Source of the DNA: Selaginella moellendorffii
Lineage: Eukaryota > Plantae > Lycopodiophyta
Assembly (NCBI RefSeq): GCF_000143415.4
Contig: NW_003314385.1
Span: forward strand, 380,407-444,406
Direction: 5' to 3'
Length of the DNA: 64,000 nucleotides
Part shown: positions 60,541-64,000 of the stretch, piece by piece
Position numbering within the stretch: position 1 is the stretch's first letter
How the letters are laid out: the number at the start of each line of letters is the position of its first letter
Position numbers and translations under genes: made by a program
The notes under the pieces: generated by a model
The model's input: the letters and a program-made list of their open reading frames with translations, nothing else
The model's database searches: none
What the model was told of the DNA's origin: nothing

Positions 60541-61237
60541 GACTAACAACAAGTCTCCATTTCAGCAAAAAAGCCAAAGTCATCCAAGCATCACACTCAT
60601 ACTGTTATGTATATAATGATACCAAAGCAATGAAGTTAACAAAGCATTCTGCACATAAAATCCAGACATCTATACCTGTGCTGCCACTTCTGCATCATTA
60701 GATTGCAAAAGTGTACCATCTTCATGACACCGTCATTCACTAGAATAAACCTAGCAGCGTGCTACAAGAGCTAATGGCGTTCTCAAGGTGTCAAATAAGA
60801 ATCTGTATTACCTTGAAGCAGATTATCATACCAAGAATGTTGGACTACAACATATGAGGCTTGAATAGATGTTGGAGGAAATAATCTGTAAGGACATCCA
60901 GCTGATAAAGTATCCAAAGTTGTTACAATTGGAGTTCACTAGTGATGTGACAGAAGGACATCTATATGAATCTTATTGACCAAGGTACTTTATCAGATGA
61001 GGATTGCTTTGTTGAGAGTGTCAGAAGTAACTAGTATCCAGAAACCCTGCTTTGCTAAAGCGCTTGCGACCACACTGGATTCCTGTGGGAGTGGGATGGG
61101 AATGATGTCTGAGTGATCAAACTTAAAGCAGCGTCAAAAGTTCACCATGAAGAAGTTGAAGTTCAGGGGTTGATAACTTTATAGGTGCCACAAACCTGAC
61201 TAGCAGTTGAAAATCAGACAGTGGCAAACATGATGAC

Positions 61238-64000
61238 CAGTGTGTAACAAAGTCCGAGGCTCCTTTGTACCCCGCCGGTACCATTTCAGAATTGCCGGTA
61301 CAAAACAAAGTTACAAGGATATACGACCGGTGCAAAAAATCTCGTATAAGGCTAGATCCGGTACGTTTGGATGTTATAAGGAATCCTGCCGGTATATTCA
61401 CCTACCTTTTGAGGATTAGGGTTTCATGGTTAATTATGTTTAATTAATTCTAATTAACAAGATTAAATAAATAATCATCAATCTTAGTTAACACTAACTA
61501 AACATAGTTACACTAAGTAAACCATGTCATTAATCTAAGGTTAGAATATTCTTTCACAATGTTCACGTGGGCTCTAAGGTTAGAATATTCTTTCACAATG
61601 TTCACGTGGGTGTGGGCGTGGGCGTGAACATAGATTTTGGTGGGGAGATCATCTGGGAAATGGGGAGGGTGCCTGCAAGTAGGAGCAAGGCTGCTGCAAA
61701 AGCCATTGCTCAATCAAAGCAATCTTTGTTAAGTTTTGCCCCCATTGTGGAGAGAGGAGGTTTTGTAGATGAGGACAACCTGGAGGGGACTGAGCCTGAG
61801 GAGGGATGTGAAGTGGGAGAAGGTGATGCTGCATCAGTAGAGGAGAAGGAGAAGAAAATTTGTAGGGGGAAGTGACAACCTGCATGGGTCATAAAATGGC
61901 GGTGGTTGCATTTTGATCAGAAAAATGGTAATAATTTTCTTGATTTTTCATCTAATCCTACTTGCATTACAGCACTGATCTTCTGCTCAATATGCCGTGC
62001 CAACAAGAATTGCAAGAATCCATTTGGTACATCAGGTTCCACCAACATGAAGACTTCAAGTTTCCATGCTCATGGGCAAACAAAAGATCACAAGCATTCC
62101 ATTTACATAGCTGAGGTGAAAGCTGGCGGTCAATCCTCCATGGCAGCTGCAAATGATTGGCAACAAGAGGCAGCAGAGAAGGGAGTTATTTGCTTGTTTA
62201 GAACTACTTATGCTATTGCACAAGGTTTTGTTCCTCTTCGCAAATACCCATTGTTTCTGGAGCTACAACAGTTGAACGGAGTTTATGTTCCTAGCATGTA
62301 CAAGAACGTGATGTCCTACTCACGCTTCATCACTTTCATCAACAAGGTGAGCTAAAGTCTGATGATAAACCTTGACTGAATTTTGTTGTGTAGGTGCTCT
62401 TAGATCAAATTTTGGAGAAAGTTAAAGCTAGCCCATTCTTTGGAATAATGCTAGATGAGAGCACGGATATAAGGTAAAGCTGATTAGTGATATTCTTGGT
62501 TCTAAATTTGTTAATGCAATACCAGTAAACACCTCATCTTTTACGTGACCTACATCCACGACGCAAGGGTGTTGACAAGCTATTTAGGCTCGTCAATGGT
62601 GAACAATAGTTCTGCAGAGGTGATTTTTAACACCACCATAGCTTCACTGCAGGATTGGGGGTTGGATATGAGCAGGTTCGTGGGGTTTGGTTCAGACGGC
62701 TGCAATGTTATGACAGGAAACAGGACAGGGGTTGCAACAAGGTTGAAGGAGGTCAATCCATTCATGACCTCCACACATTGTCTTTCACACAGAGCTAACT
62801 TATGTGTGGAGGACGTCTACAAGAATCCAGCAGTTCATAATCTTTGCAATGAAGTGGATCAGGTGGTGAACAAGGTAGCCAGTTTTTTCTCAAGGAGTTC
62901 TAGCAGGTTGCAGCAGCTACAGGCACTATAGGACGAGCTAGACTTCAAGGTGTTGAAGGTGTTGCGGATCCAGCAGACACGTTGGTTGAGCAGGGGTGGA
63001 GCCATTACCAGGATGTGTGAGTGTCTGGAACCACTACTCAAGTTTTTTAAGGACGGGAGAACAACTCAAACAAGGAAGCTGTATGACCGTCTTAGGAGTT
63101 TCAAGTTCCTTTATGCACTCCACTTTCTAGGAGATATCTTGGCAGTGGTAAATCAGCTGAACCTAGAGTTTCAAGCACAGACTATGGACGTGACTAGTGT
63201 TGCACCTTTATGCAAGGCAACTATGGCCAAGATATAGGTATACTATTTGGATAAGCAGGTGGATTTGAATGGTTTTCAGTTGGATAGCAGAGGATATCCT
63301 ATAATCCCAGATGGTGGACGCTGCAATGGTCCTTTGGATGAGCTCAGGTCATCAGTTAAGGGAAACGAATACAGAGACGTGGAAATGATCAGGTCGATTC
63401 ACGGAGAAGATTTGGAGGAGGTACTAGAGTTTCAAAAGAACTTTGGCACTAGTCTTTTGGAGGGTATAAGGACCAAGTTACAGGACTCTGAGGCGACTGG
63501 TATTCTCTCCAAGTTCCACTTTTTAGCTCCTATCAACTTACCTTCATCAGTGCGTGAGTTGAAAGCTTTTGGTAAATTTGAGGTTCAGGAACTTGGAAAG
63601 TTCTACACAGGGATGATCAATGAAGCAGAGCTGGCTGAAGAGTACAGTTTATGGAAGATAATAGCTTCCGAGGAGTGGAAGGGGAAAACTTTCGTGGATG
63701 TTTGGGGAATGATTTATGCTCACAGTATCTGGATGAAGAAGTATCCCAACTTGCTGAAGTTGGCAATGGTCGGCATGGTTCAATGCTGCAACACTGCATT
63801 ATGTGAGCGTGGGTTTAGTAGAATCAACTTGGTGAAGAATAAGTTTCGAAACCAGATGGGGACGGAGATGGTTGACGAGCTTGTGAGGATCTCCATTGAG
63901 GGTCCGCCAATAGCTGAGTTTGACTTCGAAACAGTGGTGCAAGCATGGAAGGAAGGTGCAGCTTATAGGCATATTTATACATCATAGTATGCCCCAGGAA
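61238..64000 (+). mobile_element. hAT-family DNA transposon; left end tentative, right end outside the window
   Basis: Candidate terminus CAGTGTGTAAC at 61238. Clustered CCGGT motifs at 61270-61395. 37-bp tandem duplication at ~61535-61610. Transposase downstream. Confidence 0.6.
61660..63987 (+). pseudogene. hAT transposase (ZNF862/DUF4371-like, C-terminal hATC dimerisation domain) with two short introns and three in-frame stops
   Basis: IFCSIC, LDESTD, GFGSDGCNVMTG, HCLSHR, TRWLS, CERGFSRINLVKNKFRNQM. Stops at 61873 (TGA), 62929 and 63235 (TAG). Confidence 0.88.

Noticed and set aside
60600-61230. Possible gene fragment between the copia remnant and the hAT element
   Set aside because: No recognisable motif or consistent exon structure.

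Overview
Plant nuclear DNA. The very short introns (about 40-80 nt), intronless PLS-class PPR genes ending at the E1 domain and a chromodomain Ty3/gypsy family suggest a lycophyte such as Selaginella (inference). Genes lie at both ends. Left: the 5' part of a CPSF-A/DDB1/SF3B3-like gene, two AT-rich secreted GNA/bulb-lectin paralogs with an unrecognised N-terminal domain, and a PPR gene. Right: a second PPR gene and a thaumatin-like PR-5 gene, followed by copia and hAT remnants. The middle (~6.3-53.9 kb) is one nested transposon cluster whose insertion order can be read from target-site duplications: family-B LTR remnant < old chromovirus < non-coding LTR element B2 (TSD ACACC) < B1 (CCTCA) < non-coding family-A derivative (GGCTC) < 12.6-kb TIR DNA transposon (GTAA) < Cassandra solo LTR (CCTCT). 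A young near-intact chromovirus and two more Cassandra TRIMs are also present. The most unusual object is the DNA transposon (29452-42033). It encodes a Sola-like DDD transposase and, divergently, a multi-exon ParB-like + degenerate DNA-methyltransferase-like + FCP1-like phosphatase gene. About 20 copies of a 22-bp palindrome (ATGGCRTGNNNNNNCAYGCCAT) are spread along it, and I saw none elsewhere in the window. This is a candidate TE-encoded protein/cis-site system (parS-like or VANC-like).
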